64,000 nucleotides of DNA, taken from assembly GCA_902589965.1 (NCBI GenBank), contig CACIUX010000002.1:94998-158997 (forward strand), written 5' to 3'. Shown one piece after another: positions 18,688 to 27,392 of this stretch. Each line of letters opens with the position of its first letter. Positions within the stretch are counted from its first letter, which is position 1. The notes below the pieces were generated by a model that was not told the DNA's origin, searched no databases, and saw nothing but the letters and a program-made list of their open reading frames with translations. Both the position numbers and the translations under genes were made by a program. This DNA is from an uncultured SAR86 cluster bacterium (lineage in GTDB: Bacteria > Pseudomonadota > Gammaproteobacteria > Magnimaribacterales > AG-339-G14).

Positions 18688-19389
18688 ATGAAAAAGTTTT
18701 TACTATTATTCATGATTGCTGCCACAGGGAATCTTTTCGCTGACGGCCATGCTTCTCCACCCATGACTGCCCATTATGGGATTTCAACTTCGAATCCTGC
18801 TGCAGTGGTGGAATCTTTGCAAACGTTCATGGCGTCTGACTGCGCCAAAGAAATGCCAGCTCGAGTAACTCTGTTTGAGCCGCACTTCAATGGAGATAAT
18901 GCAGCCACTCACATTCTTACCTTTAATTATCAAAATGGGAAAGGGATGGATGCAGTGCGTCAAACTTTTCAAACTTGTGCAGCTGCCCAACAATTTCTAG
19001 CTGACGGCGTAGGCGTCGTGACTCAGGAATATCAGATTCTTTCCACACCTATTTATGCCGGTGGAAGCGCTCCAGAAGCTAACGTTTACATGCTTTGGCA
19101 AATGAAAGTCTCGGATGAGGCCAAATACGCTGCTGCTTATAAAAAGATGATGGAAGCGCAAACAGAAGATGGCTTAGCCTCAGGAAGTTATGGCGTGAAC
19201 AGAATCATGTCAGGAGGAGTTGATGGAATGACTCACTTTGCCTATATTTTTGGTTCGTCCATGGCTGAAATGACTGAAGCTCTGAGTGTCAGTCAAGCAA
19301 GTGAAAACTTTAAAACATTCGCTCAAGAAGTAGAATCAATCAGAGAAATCGTAACTGTTGACGCTGGATACACGTTAATCCAATATTAA
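18688..19389 (+). CDS. secreted protein of unknown function (same size class, distant or unrelated to A/B)
   Basis: ATG at 18688, with signal peptide 'MKKFLLLFMIAATGNLFA'. It appears to contain two roughly 100-aa halves. Confidence 0.55.
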   Translation: MKKFLLLFMIAATGNLFADGHASPPMTAHYGISTSNPAAVVESLQTFMASDCAKEMPARVTLFEPHFNGDNAATHILTFNYQNGKGMDAVRQTFQTCAAAQQFLADGVGVVTQEYQILSTPIYAGGSAPEANVYMLWQMKVSDEAKYAAAYKKMMEAQTEDGLASGSYGVNRIMSGGVDGMTHFAYIFGSSMAEMTEALSVSQASENFKTFAQEVESIREIVTVDAGYTLIQY

Positions 19390-19397
19390 TTTTGGTA

Positions 19398-19431
19398 AAA
19401 AAAAAGGAAGGCTTTAGCCTTCCTTTTTTTA
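19398..19431. terminator. bidirectional rho-independent terminator
   Basis: aaaaaggaaggc-ttta-gccttccttttt is a perfect stem flanked by an A-run and a T-run, between convergent genes. Confidence 0.75.
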
Positions 19432-19441
19432 TTGATGTGAA

Positions 19442-20182
19442 TTAGCGAACTATTCTTCCAGAAAATAAAGTTGAACCGTTGCAATCGTAAGCATCTCTTA
19501 CCGCATTGCTTTCGGCTGATCCTCTTACGTCATCGTACCAACCGTCAACAGCTTCACCCCAATTGGTAAAAGAAGGATTTGTGAACAACCTCACAAAATC
19601 AAAAGGAAATTCAGCAGCATTTGTTCCTGAAGACGGTCTAATCAGCGCAGAGCTCGATTTAGAACCTTTTGAATGTCCTAGCTTAAGTTCTGCATTGGAA
19701 GCCAAGTAAGCATCGCTCAGGCTTTTCCCATCATTTAAGTTACATGTGTAATAAGAAGCACTGAAATTTTGACCCTCAAGATCATCTCGGTCGGTAACCG
19801 CATCCATCCACCATTGATAAGTTAGAATTTGAGTATCGCAAAACATTGGCCAAGCATCTCTAGATTTTTCTCCTGCATCAGAAAGCCACCAATCCATTGC
19901 TTTGCCTGCTTGAGCATTGTCTTGCCAAGTATTGACCCATAAAACATCGTATTCAGAAATATCAGTCTTAAAAAATGGCATCAACATTGTTGAACCCATT
20001 TCAATACCCGCTTTGTCCAACTCCTCATTAAAAAGTTCAACATATTCCTCAAGCGACTCCATACCTTTTCCAGGCAGAAATTTACATTGGCTGTATCCAG
20101 CAGTGAGAGGATCGGGCACTTCTTGTGAAGCAAGACTAATTGGTAGGCCAATTAATGCCGTAAGTAATATTATTTTTTTCAT
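19442..20182 (-). CDS. secreted protein of unknown function with internal duplication
   Basis: It has a signal peptide. The two halves begin 'YSQCKFLPGKGMESLEEY' and 'YYTCNLNDGKSLSDAY'. Confidence 0.55.
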   Translation of the reverse strand: MKKIILLTALIGLPISLASQEVPDPLTAGYSQCKFLPGKGMESLEEYVELFNEELDKAGIEMGSTMLMPFFKTDISEYDVLWVNTWQDNAQAGKAMDWWLSDAGEKSRDAWPMFCDTQILTYQWWMDAVTDRDDLEGQNFSASYYTCNLNDGKSLSDAYLASNAELKLGHSKGSKSSSALIRPSSGTNAAEFPFDFVRLFTNPSFTNWGEAVDGWYDDVRGSAESNAVRDAYDCNGSTLFSGRIVR

Positions 20183-20249
20183 TTTAAATCTCCTATAACC
20201 AACATAAGACTAGCATGAGAGAAAGAGTTTTTGAGTAAGAATTGTGATT

Positions 20250-21203
20250 TTAAAGTAAACCCTTTCCGACAAGGGCTCTGTTAACCAAGATGGGGAAAGG
20301 AACTTCCTCGATGATTTCCTTTGCGGGATTCATTTCGAGAATCTCCTGCGCTGATTTACCTTGGTCAACTAAAGCGTCTATTCTGTTGTTCACTGCTACA
20401 AGCTTCATTAAGAAACTTTTAATTGTGTCTTTATCAGCGATTGGTCCATGACCTGGAACAACTATAGTATCGTCATCGATCAGCTCAAGTACTCTGTACA
20501 AGGAAGAAATCATCCCTTCAAGGGTGCCGCCGTTATCTGCATCGATAAATGGTAGTCCATCTAAGTTCGTTAAATCTCCAGTGTGGATAATATTGGCTTC
20601 TTTAAAATAAATAACTGTATCCCCAGTGGTGTGCGCAGGGCCAAAATTCATTAACTTAATGGTTTGACCATTTAAATTTAGATCAAGAGTATCTTTATAA
20701 GTGACGGTCGCTAACGCTTCCTTTTCATAAGGTTGCTGTGGATAAACGGCACCGACTAAGTTAATAGAAGCTCCAGATTTCATATAATTAAGAGAGTTTA
20801 TGTGCGCATAAATTTCTGCACCTAAAGGACCAAAAGCTCTATTTCCATCAGCATGATCAAAATGCCAATGTGTATTGATAATATGATTTATACCCGAACC
20901 TCCAAGAGACTTTATTTTTGCCAGCAAAGCTTCATAGATTTGTGGGAACTGTGAATCAATTGCAAGAATGCCATCTTCTCCAATTGAGATTAAGATATTT
21001 CCTCCGAAACCAAAAATTACATGAAAATCTTTTTTAATCGTTTCATGTCTTATCAAGGAAGGATCGAAGGTAAATCCAAAAGCATCTAGAACCTCCTTTT
21101 GGCCTTCAGCATAAACATTAAAATCTGGCAGTTTAACTTCACTGCAAGACAGCAATATGATTACAAGCGAACAAGGTATAATTTTTTTTAAATTCATTTT
21201 CAT
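20250..21203 (-). CDS. MBL-fold metallo-hydrolase, lipoprotein
   Basis: 'NTHWHFDHADGN' (HxHxDH) and lipobox 'LLSCS'. Confidence 0.8.
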   Translation of the reverse strand: MKMNLKKIIPCSLVIILLSCSEVKLPDFNVYAEGQKEVLDAFGFTFDPSLIRHETIKKDFHVIFGFGGNILISIGEDGILAIDSQFPQIYEALLAKIKSLGGSGINHIINTHWHFDHADGNRAFGPLGAEIYAHINSLNYMKSGASINLVGAVYPQQPYEKEALATVTYKDTLDLNLNGQTIKLMNFGPAHTTGDTVIYFKEANIIHTGDLTNLDGLPFIDADNGGTLEGMISSLYRVLELIDDDTIVVPGHGPIADKDTIKSFLMKLVAVNNRIDALVDQGKSAQEILEMNPAKEIIEEVPFPILVNRALVGKGLL

Positions 21204-21227
21204 TTTTATACTAGCAAAATATTTAAA

Positions 21228-21656
21228 ATGCTGAAAACAAAAATCATTTTGGGATATCTAGGATTTATACCTTTCGCCTTATTCACCATTTTACCTTGGA
21301 TCCTAGGAGAAAATTGGCTAAGGCCTTCTTTAATAAGTTTGGTAATTTACGGAGCAATGATCCTCTCCTTTTTAGGCGGGATTATTTGGCAATCTTCTAA
21401 GAAACAGTCCGACTTAGTATCCGGTATATTGTTCTCATTATTAGGATTTGTAGGCGTATTTTTGTTCACTGTTAACATTATGATTCCATTGGTGATGTTA
21501 ACGATTTGTTTCCCGCTCTGCTATTTGCAAGAAAAAAGAATCAGTGACAGTTTTGCTGATGAAGACTACGCCAACTTAAGATTGAACTTAACTACGGGTG
21601 TTACAGCGTGTTTTGTCTTAAGTATCTTTTCAACGATAGGTTTGTTTACTCAATAA
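21228..21656 (+). CDS. DUF3429-like integral membrane protein
   Basis: Four predicted TM helices. The N-terminus 'LGYLGFIPF' is typical of DUF3429. Confidence 0.55.
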   Translation: MLKTKIILGYLGFIPFALFTILPWILGENWLRPSLISLVIYGAMILSFLGGIIWQSSKKQSDLVSGILFSLLGFVGVFLFTVNIMIPLVMLTICFPLCYLQEKRISDSFADEDYANLRLNLTTGVTACFVLSIFSTIGLFTQ

Positions 21657-21843
21657 TATACTGAGCAATCATTGATGCACTTATTGCCATCGCAGCAATG
21701 ACCACAAAAGATAACATTCCAAGTGCGATGCGGACATTATCATCTGTCACATTTGTCAGATGACGATCGCGGAGACGATGCGATAATCTGACGCCGTAAA
21801 ACATGACAATAAAAAAAACTAAGCCGCTTATGAAAAGCTTCAC
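21646..21843 (-). CDS. small membrane protein (65 aa, GTG start)
   Basis: Two hydrophobic helices. The start overlaps the stop of an upstream 34-aa ORF (GTGA). Confidence 0.35.
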   Translation of the reverse strand: MKLFISGLVFFIVMFYGVRLSHRLRDRHLTNVTDDNVRIALGMLSFVVIAAMAISASMIAQYIIE

Positions 21844-21951
21844 AAAAATCTATCGATCATTAGCCATACAAATACAGTGATTAAAATTGGCGTAACAATG
21901 AATTTATAATATTGGATTACAAAATTATCTTCGGGTTTCTTCATTAGAAAA

Positions 21952-22512
21952 TTATAAAGGTTGGATTAATTCAGGTGAATTATTTTTTGGACTATTAACT
22001 TTTGTGCTAACGGGATAGCACTCAACCAAATCATCGAGTTCACTATGTAATTGGTCTTCATTGTTTAACCAATGATCGCCCTCGTTTTGCGTCAGTAAAA
22101 CCGGTTGCCGATGGTGAATCTGCTTAATATCTTTATGAGCTTCTTTGGTCACGATAAGACAGCCTTGATTGTTAGCCAGTCCTGCAAAATAAAATAAACC
22201 GTGATTAATATGATGATAGTAGGGCTGCTTTTGAGTGCCGTTGTCTTGCCATTCGTACCAACCGGTAGTGGGAATTAGACATCGCATGGCACCTTTAAAC
22301 GAAGGCTTTTGATGCATGGTTTCAGAACGACAATTAATGAGATGGAAGGGTTTTTTTGCCCACAAAGGACTGTAAGACCAAATCTTCAAGGAGGGCTCGG
22401 GATCGAGGATGATTATTTCATTTGATGGCGCTACATTAAAAGATGCTTCTCTTTTATCTCTCGGAATACTTTCAAAGTAATGAGTTTTGATTAAAGTGAA
22501 GCGGCCGCACAT
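21952..22512 (-). CDS. SOS-response-associated peptidase (SRAP/YedK, abasic-site processing protein)
   Basis: It starts 'MCGRF' (catalytic Cys2) and has 'FNVAPS' and 'GWYEWQ' motifs. Confidence 0.85.
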   Translation of the reverse strand: MCGRFTLIKTHYFESIPRDKREASFNVAPSNEIIILDPEPSLKIWSYSPLWAKKPFHLINCRSETMHQKPSFKGAMRCLIPTTGWYEWQDNGTQKQPYYHHINHGLFYFAGLANNQGCLIVTKEAHKDIKQIHHRQPVLLTQNEGDHWLNNEDQLHSELDDLVECYPVSTKVNSPKNNSPELIQPL

Positions 22513-22514
22513 GA

Positions 22515-23525
22515 TTACTGTTTCCTTCCGAGATGATCAAAATTATTAAAAAATGCCCAAATAATCTCTGCAGAATTTATATCATACTGACCAGTACCCC
22601 CATTTCCATCGACTTCATAATTTTCAGGCCAGTCGTGGCCAACTCCTTCTAACAGATACAACTGAACTTCAACATCGTTAGCACATTCAGAATAAATTCT
22701 ATGCGTTCCGCTTACACCATTTCCAGAAAAGTCTGATATCGTTGCGATAGAAGGTTCAAGATTACAAGCGTTGTTATTCGACCAAAACTCCATAACCTCC
22801 TCGATGCCCTTGAATCCTACTCCAGAAGCGGTAACCGAACCGTCATAAGGAACAATTGTGTCCACAGTCCCATGGATTTGCATTACGGAAGTTGGTTGAG
22901 CGTTGCAGTTATCGTAACTAAAAACACTCATTGATCCGGTAACAGAGGCAATGGCTGCAATTTTCGAATTGATATTACAAGCGAGGTGATAGCTCATAAA
23001 ACCGCCATTTGACATTCCGGCGGAGTAAAATTGATTTAAATTAATATTGTAATTCTGACCGACCCAATCCAAAACGGATTCTAAAAATTCAATACTATTG
23101 ACTGAGTTTCCCAGACCGATTTCATCAGTGTTCCAATGTGTGCCTCCCTTTGTTTCATGAACCAAACCTTGGGGATAAATAACCACAAAGTCATTGATAT
23201 CGGCTTGTTTCATAAATCCTGTATAACTCATATTGGTCAGGGCGGTGCTGGTATAACCGTGCAAACTAAACATTGCAGGATAGGGCGTTCCAACCTCAGA
23301 ATAGTTCTCAGGAAGGTATATGTAAAATTGCCTATCGGTCGCAATACATCTTCTGAGAGTACCTTGGTATGGAGACGGATAAATAGTGATGGTTGCGCTG
23401 TAAGTTGAGCAATTTGGATTAAACCCAGTTTCTAAGGGAATAGAACTGCTGTTATCTGAATTAGACGATTCACCACATCCTAAAACTAACGAAAGAAATA
23501 TAAAGAGAAGAAGCGATTTATTCAT
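22515..23525 (-). CDS. secreted alpha/beta esterase, PHB-depolymerase/feruloyl-esterase (LpqC-like) family
   Basis: 'LHGYTS' and the nucleophile elbow 'GMSNGGFMS', with signal peptide plus lipobox 'LGCG'. The ATG at 23525 overlaps the upstream stop (ATGAATAA). Confidence 0.7.
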   Translation of the reverse strand: MNKSLLLFIFLSLVLGCGESSNSDNSSSIPLETGFNPNCSTYSATITIYPSPYQGTLRRCIATDRQFYIYLPENYSEVGTPYPAMFSLHGYTSTALTNMSYTGFMKQADINDFVVIYPQGLVHETKGGTHWNTDEIGLGNSVNSIEFLESVLDWVGQNYNINLNQFYSAGMSNGGFMSYHLACNINSKIAAIASVTGSMSVFSYDNCNAQPTSVMQIHGTVDTIVPYDGSVTASGVGFKGIEEVMEFWSNNNACNLEPSIATISDFSGNGVSGTHRIYSECANDVEVQLYLLEGVGHDWPENYEVDGNGGTGQYDINSAEIIWAFFNNFDHLGRKQ

Positions 23526-23808
23526 AACCCTCGACAATTGCATAAGCTCTCTCAGCTCCGCCATCTAGCACTGCAAGCGCTTGCTGATAGTCATCGCTTT
23601 CGTAGGCTTGCAAAGCAATTTCAAAGGAAGGGAATTCGACAACAACATTGCGCATGAATTCTGCGCCTTCTTTCGTAGCTTGCTCACCACCTCTGACTAA
23701 AAATTTGCCGTTAAATTTTGCTATGACTTCTTCAGCTAATTTTCCGTAGGCTCCTTGCTTATCGCCATCAATTACGTTTGCTTTTGCAACCCAATATCCT
23801 TTTTTCAT
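23518..23808 (-). CDS. DUF1330 domain protein
   Basis: 96 aa. 'KGYWVA...YGKLA...F.GKFLVRGG' and 'FPSFE.A..WY-like' regions resemble DUF1330. Confidence 0.65.
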   Translation of the reverse strand: MKKGYWVAKANVIDGDKQGAYGKLAEEVIAKFNGKFLVRGGEQATKEGAEFMRNVVVEFPSFEIALQAYESDDYQQALAVLDGGAERAYAIVEGYE

Positions 23809-23811
23809 CTG

Positions 23812-24186
23812 TCACTCCTTAAGGTCCAAAACCTTTTTAATGTTAGGTTTGAAATAGCTATCCGGCTTCATAATTTTGCCGTGTTCGTTTTTGATGGCTT
23901 TCCCATAAGGAAACTTACTCATATTTGATGCTTTTACTTCTTGCCAAACTGAATCAAAATCAATCCCACAGCTGTTACACATCCCCATAATGACCCAAAC
24001 CATATCGGCAAGGCCATCTGCTACTTCAATCATATCGTTGGTCTTGAATGCTGATAAAGTTTCTTGATATTCCTCGGAGATAAGATTCATGTATAAAGTT
24101 GCTTGGTCTCCTTCCAAAGATAACTTTGAGCGAACAGGTTGTTCGCCAGCTTTCATAAAATCAGCAACATCGTTTTGGTAAGACAT
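23812..24186 (-). CDS. MazG-like nucleotide pyrophosphohydrolase domain protein
   Basis: 'EEYQETL.AF' and 'EVADGLADMVWVIMG' form the all-alpha NTP-PPase EExxE/D pattern. Confidence 0.6.
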   Translation of the reverse strand: MSYQNDVADFMKAGEQPVRSKLSLEGDQATLYMNLISEEYQETLSAFKTNDMIEVADGLADMVWVIMGMCNSCGIDFDSVWQEVKASNMSKFPYGKAIKNEHGKIMKPDSYFKPNIKKVLDLKE

Positions 24187-24197
24187 TTAGAACTCCA

Positions 24198-25349
24198 TTA
24201 AATTTTTGAAGATACAGATTGAATGCCTGCCAGAGTATTGGCAAACATCATGAGATCCAAAGGTTCTGGTTGAGATGAAAACCTAACAATGACTGAGTTT
24301 GTAGCTTTGTTGATACATATGAACTGACCATGAATTCCAATGCATAAAATAATATTTTCATCGACGACCCACATTTTATTTTTGTAATGACCGTTTGGCA
24401 TCATGGGACCATGCTCGGATGCTGCGAAACGCTGTTTGTATCCAGAGTCTCCAGCAATGGTATCTGATATCCAAGAAGCAGGAACGATTTGCTCTCCAGC
24501 ATGGACTCCATCGTTTAAAAGCATTAAACCAAACCTGCCTAAATCTCTAGCGCTAGCATTCATGCCCGCACCAAAGTAGGGAAAATCACTAGAATCCAAA
24601 ACAACGTGAGCATCGTTTTCGGGTTTAAGTTTTTGCCAAATATGTTCGTCCATTAATTCAAAAACACCATTGTTAGCTGCTTGCTCCAAAGCCATGGCGG
24701 CAACATCGGTTAAGATGGTTCTGTAATGATATTTTTCTCCATCATTCTGTTCTGTGTCTTTTAAGGATTGAGCAAACTCCTTTAAGTTATTTGCTTTAAT
24801 ATTTGCTTTAAGGTCAGGACGCCAGCCAAATATCGCAGTTTCATGCCAAAAGTCTGCATCGGGCTGAGCATAATCTTCACCAAATTTGACTGCTCCCGCC
24901 ATATCCAGAGCATTTTGCAAAGTTGTTTCAACGAAGGCACTGTCTTTGAACTCAGGTATTAAGTTTGAGATTTTATCTTCCGGATCAACGATTCCTTTTC
25001 CAACTAAAACTCCAGCTAACATTCCCAAAAAGGACTTTGAAATTGAATTCATCAGATGAGGACTCTCAGTAGACATCTCATTAAAGTATTTTTCGTAGAT
25101 GATTTCCTCATTTTTAATAACTAAAAAAGCATCTGCATGCGTTTCGCTAAATGAATCTTTTATTGATATTGATTTACCTTCCAACGTATCGAATTCAAAA
25201 CTTTCGATGTCTTGATTTACTTTCACATCAAACGACGATGGATCGTTTGATTTTGAAAGTGTTTGTGTTGAGAACAATTCTTTCATGTTCTGAAAGCTCC
25301 AAACTTGATTTGGATGTTGATTCCAATTATTTTGATTTATTTCACTCAT
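24198..25349 (-). CDS. serine hydrolase (beta-lactamase/transpeptidase-like)
   Basis: 'SISKSF' SxxK motif. Size and overall pattern fit the class C/esterase family. Confidence 0.75.
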   Translation of the reverse strand: MSEINQNNWNQHPNQVWSFQNMKELFSTQTLSKSNDPSSFDVKVNQDIESFEFDTLEGKSISIKDSFSETHADAFLVIKNEEIIYEKYFNEMSTESPHLMNSISKSFLGMLAGVLVGKGIVDPEDKISNLIPEFKDSAFVETTLQNALDMAGAVKFGEDYAQPDADFWHETAIFGWRPDLKANIKANNLKEFAQSLKDTEQNDGEKYHYRTILTDVAAMALEQAANNGVFELMDEHIWQKLKPENDAHVVLDSSDFPYFGAGMNASARDLGRFGLMLLNDGVHAGEQIVPASWISDTIAGDSGYKQRFAASEHGPMMPNGHYKNKMWVVDENIILCIGIHGQFICINKATNSVIVRFSSQPEPLDLMMFANTLAGIQSVSSKI

Positions 25350-25410
25350 CAGACTTATAAACTTAGAGTTAAAACATTAACATAACTAATAAATTAATAA
25401 GGAGATTACC

Positions 25411-25710
25411 ATGAGTAAATTTGCAAATTGCGTTCGCTTTGTTGTTAAAGAAGACTGCATTGATGATTTTATCGCAGGCTTTACTGATTCTAACCTTCAA
25501 CCCTCTGGAATGTTAGTGAGCGAAATGTTCCAAAGCGGCGAAAGAGAGTTTGTTTCATTTGGAGTGTTTGAGAGCGAGGATGCCCTTATAGCGGCTAGAC
25601 CTGAAATGATAGCTTTTTTGGACACCATCCGAGACTTTCTTGAAGAAATTTCTCCTGAGTTGGGGGTAACCGATCCTCGATCAGGCAATGTTCTTTGGAG
25701 TATGAAGTAA
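25411..25710 (+). CDS. small ferredoxin-like (ABM/Dabb-like) protein
   Basis: 99 aa, preceded by AGGAGA. The call is by size and pattern only. Confidence 0.4.
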   Translation: MSKFANCVRFVVKEDCIDDFIAGFTDSNLQPSGMLVSEMFQSGEREFVSFGVFESEDALIAARPEMIAFLDTIRDFLEEISPELGVTDPRSGNVLWSMK

Positions 25711-25712
25711 AA

Positions 25713-25973
25713 CTATCTTTTAATTACTTTTAAGACTTCTTCAACTTTATCGTCAAAATTCTTTTTATCTTTCAGTGCATCCTTAACGCATTCTTTTAGA
25801 TGGGTTTTGACGATTTTGCCCTCTACAGTAGTAAGAGAGTTTCGTACTGCTTTAATTTGATTAAGAATATCAATGCAGTATTTTTCATCTTCAATCATCT
25901 TCGCAATGCCGCGGATCTGACCTTCTATTCTTTTAATACTACTTAAATGCTCTTTATGACTTGGATGACTCAT
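25713..25973 (-). CDS. csoR: CsoR/RcnR/FrmR-family metal-sensing repressor
   Basis: 86 aa. 'RIEGQIRGI..MIE....C.DIL.Q..AV' plus the C-H-C ligand pattern (YCID ... KTHLKEC). Confidence 0.8.
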   Translation of the reverse strand: MSHPSHKEHLSSIKRIEGQIRGIAKMIEDEKYCIDILNQIKAVRNSLTTVEGKIVKTHLKECVKDALKDKKNFDDKVEEVLKVIKR

Positions 25974-25975
25974 GA

Positions 25976-26341
25976 TTATAAATACCTCGGAATAATGTAA
26001 GTAAATGAAGTTGCAAAAATAAAAATCGCAACGGAAAAATAATAAATGTATCTAGACCTTCTTCGTGTTTGTAAACAAGCTCTCCCTAATTCTGGATCAG
26101 CAGGACACGGTAAATAGTAAGTTCGATAATTTACATAGCCTGCAAAAAGAATCATGAAGAGGGCGAATAGTGTAATTTGTAGTTTGTACTGCGATAAAAC
26201 AATAAGAAAAGGAAAGATGGTAATTAAACTAGCAAAAGTGGCGCCAGCGCCTAGGGCGACAAATAAGGCTGGAAGCGCACAACAAACTAGCGTTGATGAA
26301 GAGGCAAACAAAGAAAAGAAATTAGCCGATTTATCGTACAT
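25976..26341 (-). CDS. MerT-like three-TM membrane protein with CC and C-x9-C motifs
   Basis: 'LVCCALPALFVALGAG' is a Cys pair in TM1, and 'CPADPELGRAC' sits in a loop. At 121 aa, the size and topology resemble MerT. Confidence 0.5.
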   Translation of the reverse strand: MYDKSANFFSLFASSSTLVCCALPALFVALGAGATFASLITIFPFLIVLSQYKLQITLFALFMILFAGYVNYRTYYLPCPADPELGRACLQTRRRSRYIYYFSVAIFIFATSFTYIIPRYL

Positions 26342-26343
26342 GA

Positions 26344-26742
26344 TCAGAGTTTCAGTACTTGAAGTTTAGTTGCATTTTGTCCATTCGAAACAATCATTTT
26401 TTTGATTTTTTCAAAATCAATTTTTGTGTTCATTTGATACGCAATAAAAACCTTACCTTTATTCAAATCAACATCAATCTTGGCCACGGTTTTATCTTTT
26501 TTAAAAGTTTTTTCGATTCCTTGCGCGCAAAAGTCACAAACCATCCCTTTGACGCTGACCACTGCAATTTGTTTATCCTTCAAACCTTCAACAAATTTAT
26601 CAAAACGCTCAACATCAACCTCTAACTTTTCGCCGTCAACCATTTGCTCGTGCAGATGACCTTCATGAGAATGATGATCATGAGTATCTTGTGCGTTACC
26701 AAGCGCAGGTAGAAGAAATACGAAAGCAAGCAATATTTTCAT
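26344..26742 (-). CDS. periplasmic heavy-metal-associated (HMA) domain protein, MerP/CopZ-like, His-rich N-terminus
   Basis: Signal peptide, 'DTHDHHSHEGHLHE', and HMA motif 'GMVCDFC'. Confidence 0.8.
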   Translation of the reverse strand: MKILLAFVFLLPALGNAQDTHDHHSHEGHLHEQMVDGEKLEVDVERFDKFVEGLKDKQIAVVSVKGMVCDFCAQGIEKTFKKDKTVAKIDVDLNKGKVFIAYQMNTKIDFEKIKKMIVSNGQNATKLQVLKL

Positions 26743-26751
26743 AAATGCCTC

Positions 26752-27354
26752 CTAAAACCTATACATAACAAGGGCATCCCATTCTGTTTGATCGTTGTAA
26801 CCAAACTCGATGAGAAAGTTACCTTTAAAAAATTTTAAAACTGGAAAAGTTGACCAATCACCAAGCAGAGTATTTTTCTTTGTTTTTATCATAATCCAAG
26901 TATGAAAATCTCCGTAAGCACCCAAATAGGGAGCAACCCCAACTTGCAAAAATTGATCGGTGTAATTTTTAAGAGAATTTTTCACATCCCGATAATTGAA
27001 GCCAATAAACCATCTTCGTGTCTCCCAATCTCCGTGCAATCCATAAAAATGCCCATCCAAGCCATCCGAGCTAAGACCAGACTGGAAATAGAGGTTTCCT
27101 TGAGAATTTTCAGTATTACGTCTATTAAGTAAATAGGTGAATCTAAAGTAACTGTATTGTTGATTAAAAAACTTATCTTCAACGCTTTCAATGCCAACCG
27201 AATATCGATAAGTAGGCGAGAAATGATAATAGAGAGAGTTATACATGTTTCCGGAAAAAGCCATCAGGGTGGAACCTCCTGAATACGAAATAGGCCTCGC
27301 CTCACTGATCAAAGTGAAAAAAAACATTGTAAATACAAGTAGCTTAATACCCAT
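26752..27354 (-). CDS. probable small outer-membrane beta-barrel protein
   Basis: Signal peptide, alternating aromatic/hydrophilic pattern, and C-terminal '...LVMYRF' (terminal Phe). Confidence 0.45.
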   Translation of the reverse strand: MGIKLLVFTMFFFTLISEARPISYSGGSTLMAFSGNMYNSLYYHFSPTYRYSVGIESVEDKFFNQQYSYFRFTYLLNRRNTENSQGNLYFQSGLSSDGLDGHFYGLHGDWETRRWFIGFNYRDVKNSLKNYTDQFLQVGVAPYLGAYGDFHTWIMIKTKKNTLLGDWSTFPVLKFFKGNFLIEFGYNDQTEWDALVMYRF

Positions 27355-27363
27355 GGTGGGTAT
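27347..27363. promoter_or_regulatory. candidate CsoR operator ATACCCA-TGG-TGGGTAT
   Basis: A perfect 7+7 inverted repeat, read directly. It overlaps the start codon (27352-27354) of the first gene of the four-gene string that ends in csoR. Confidence 0.55.
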
Positions 27364-27392
27364 GGTATATGATCCAAAGCTAAAAAAAAAGG

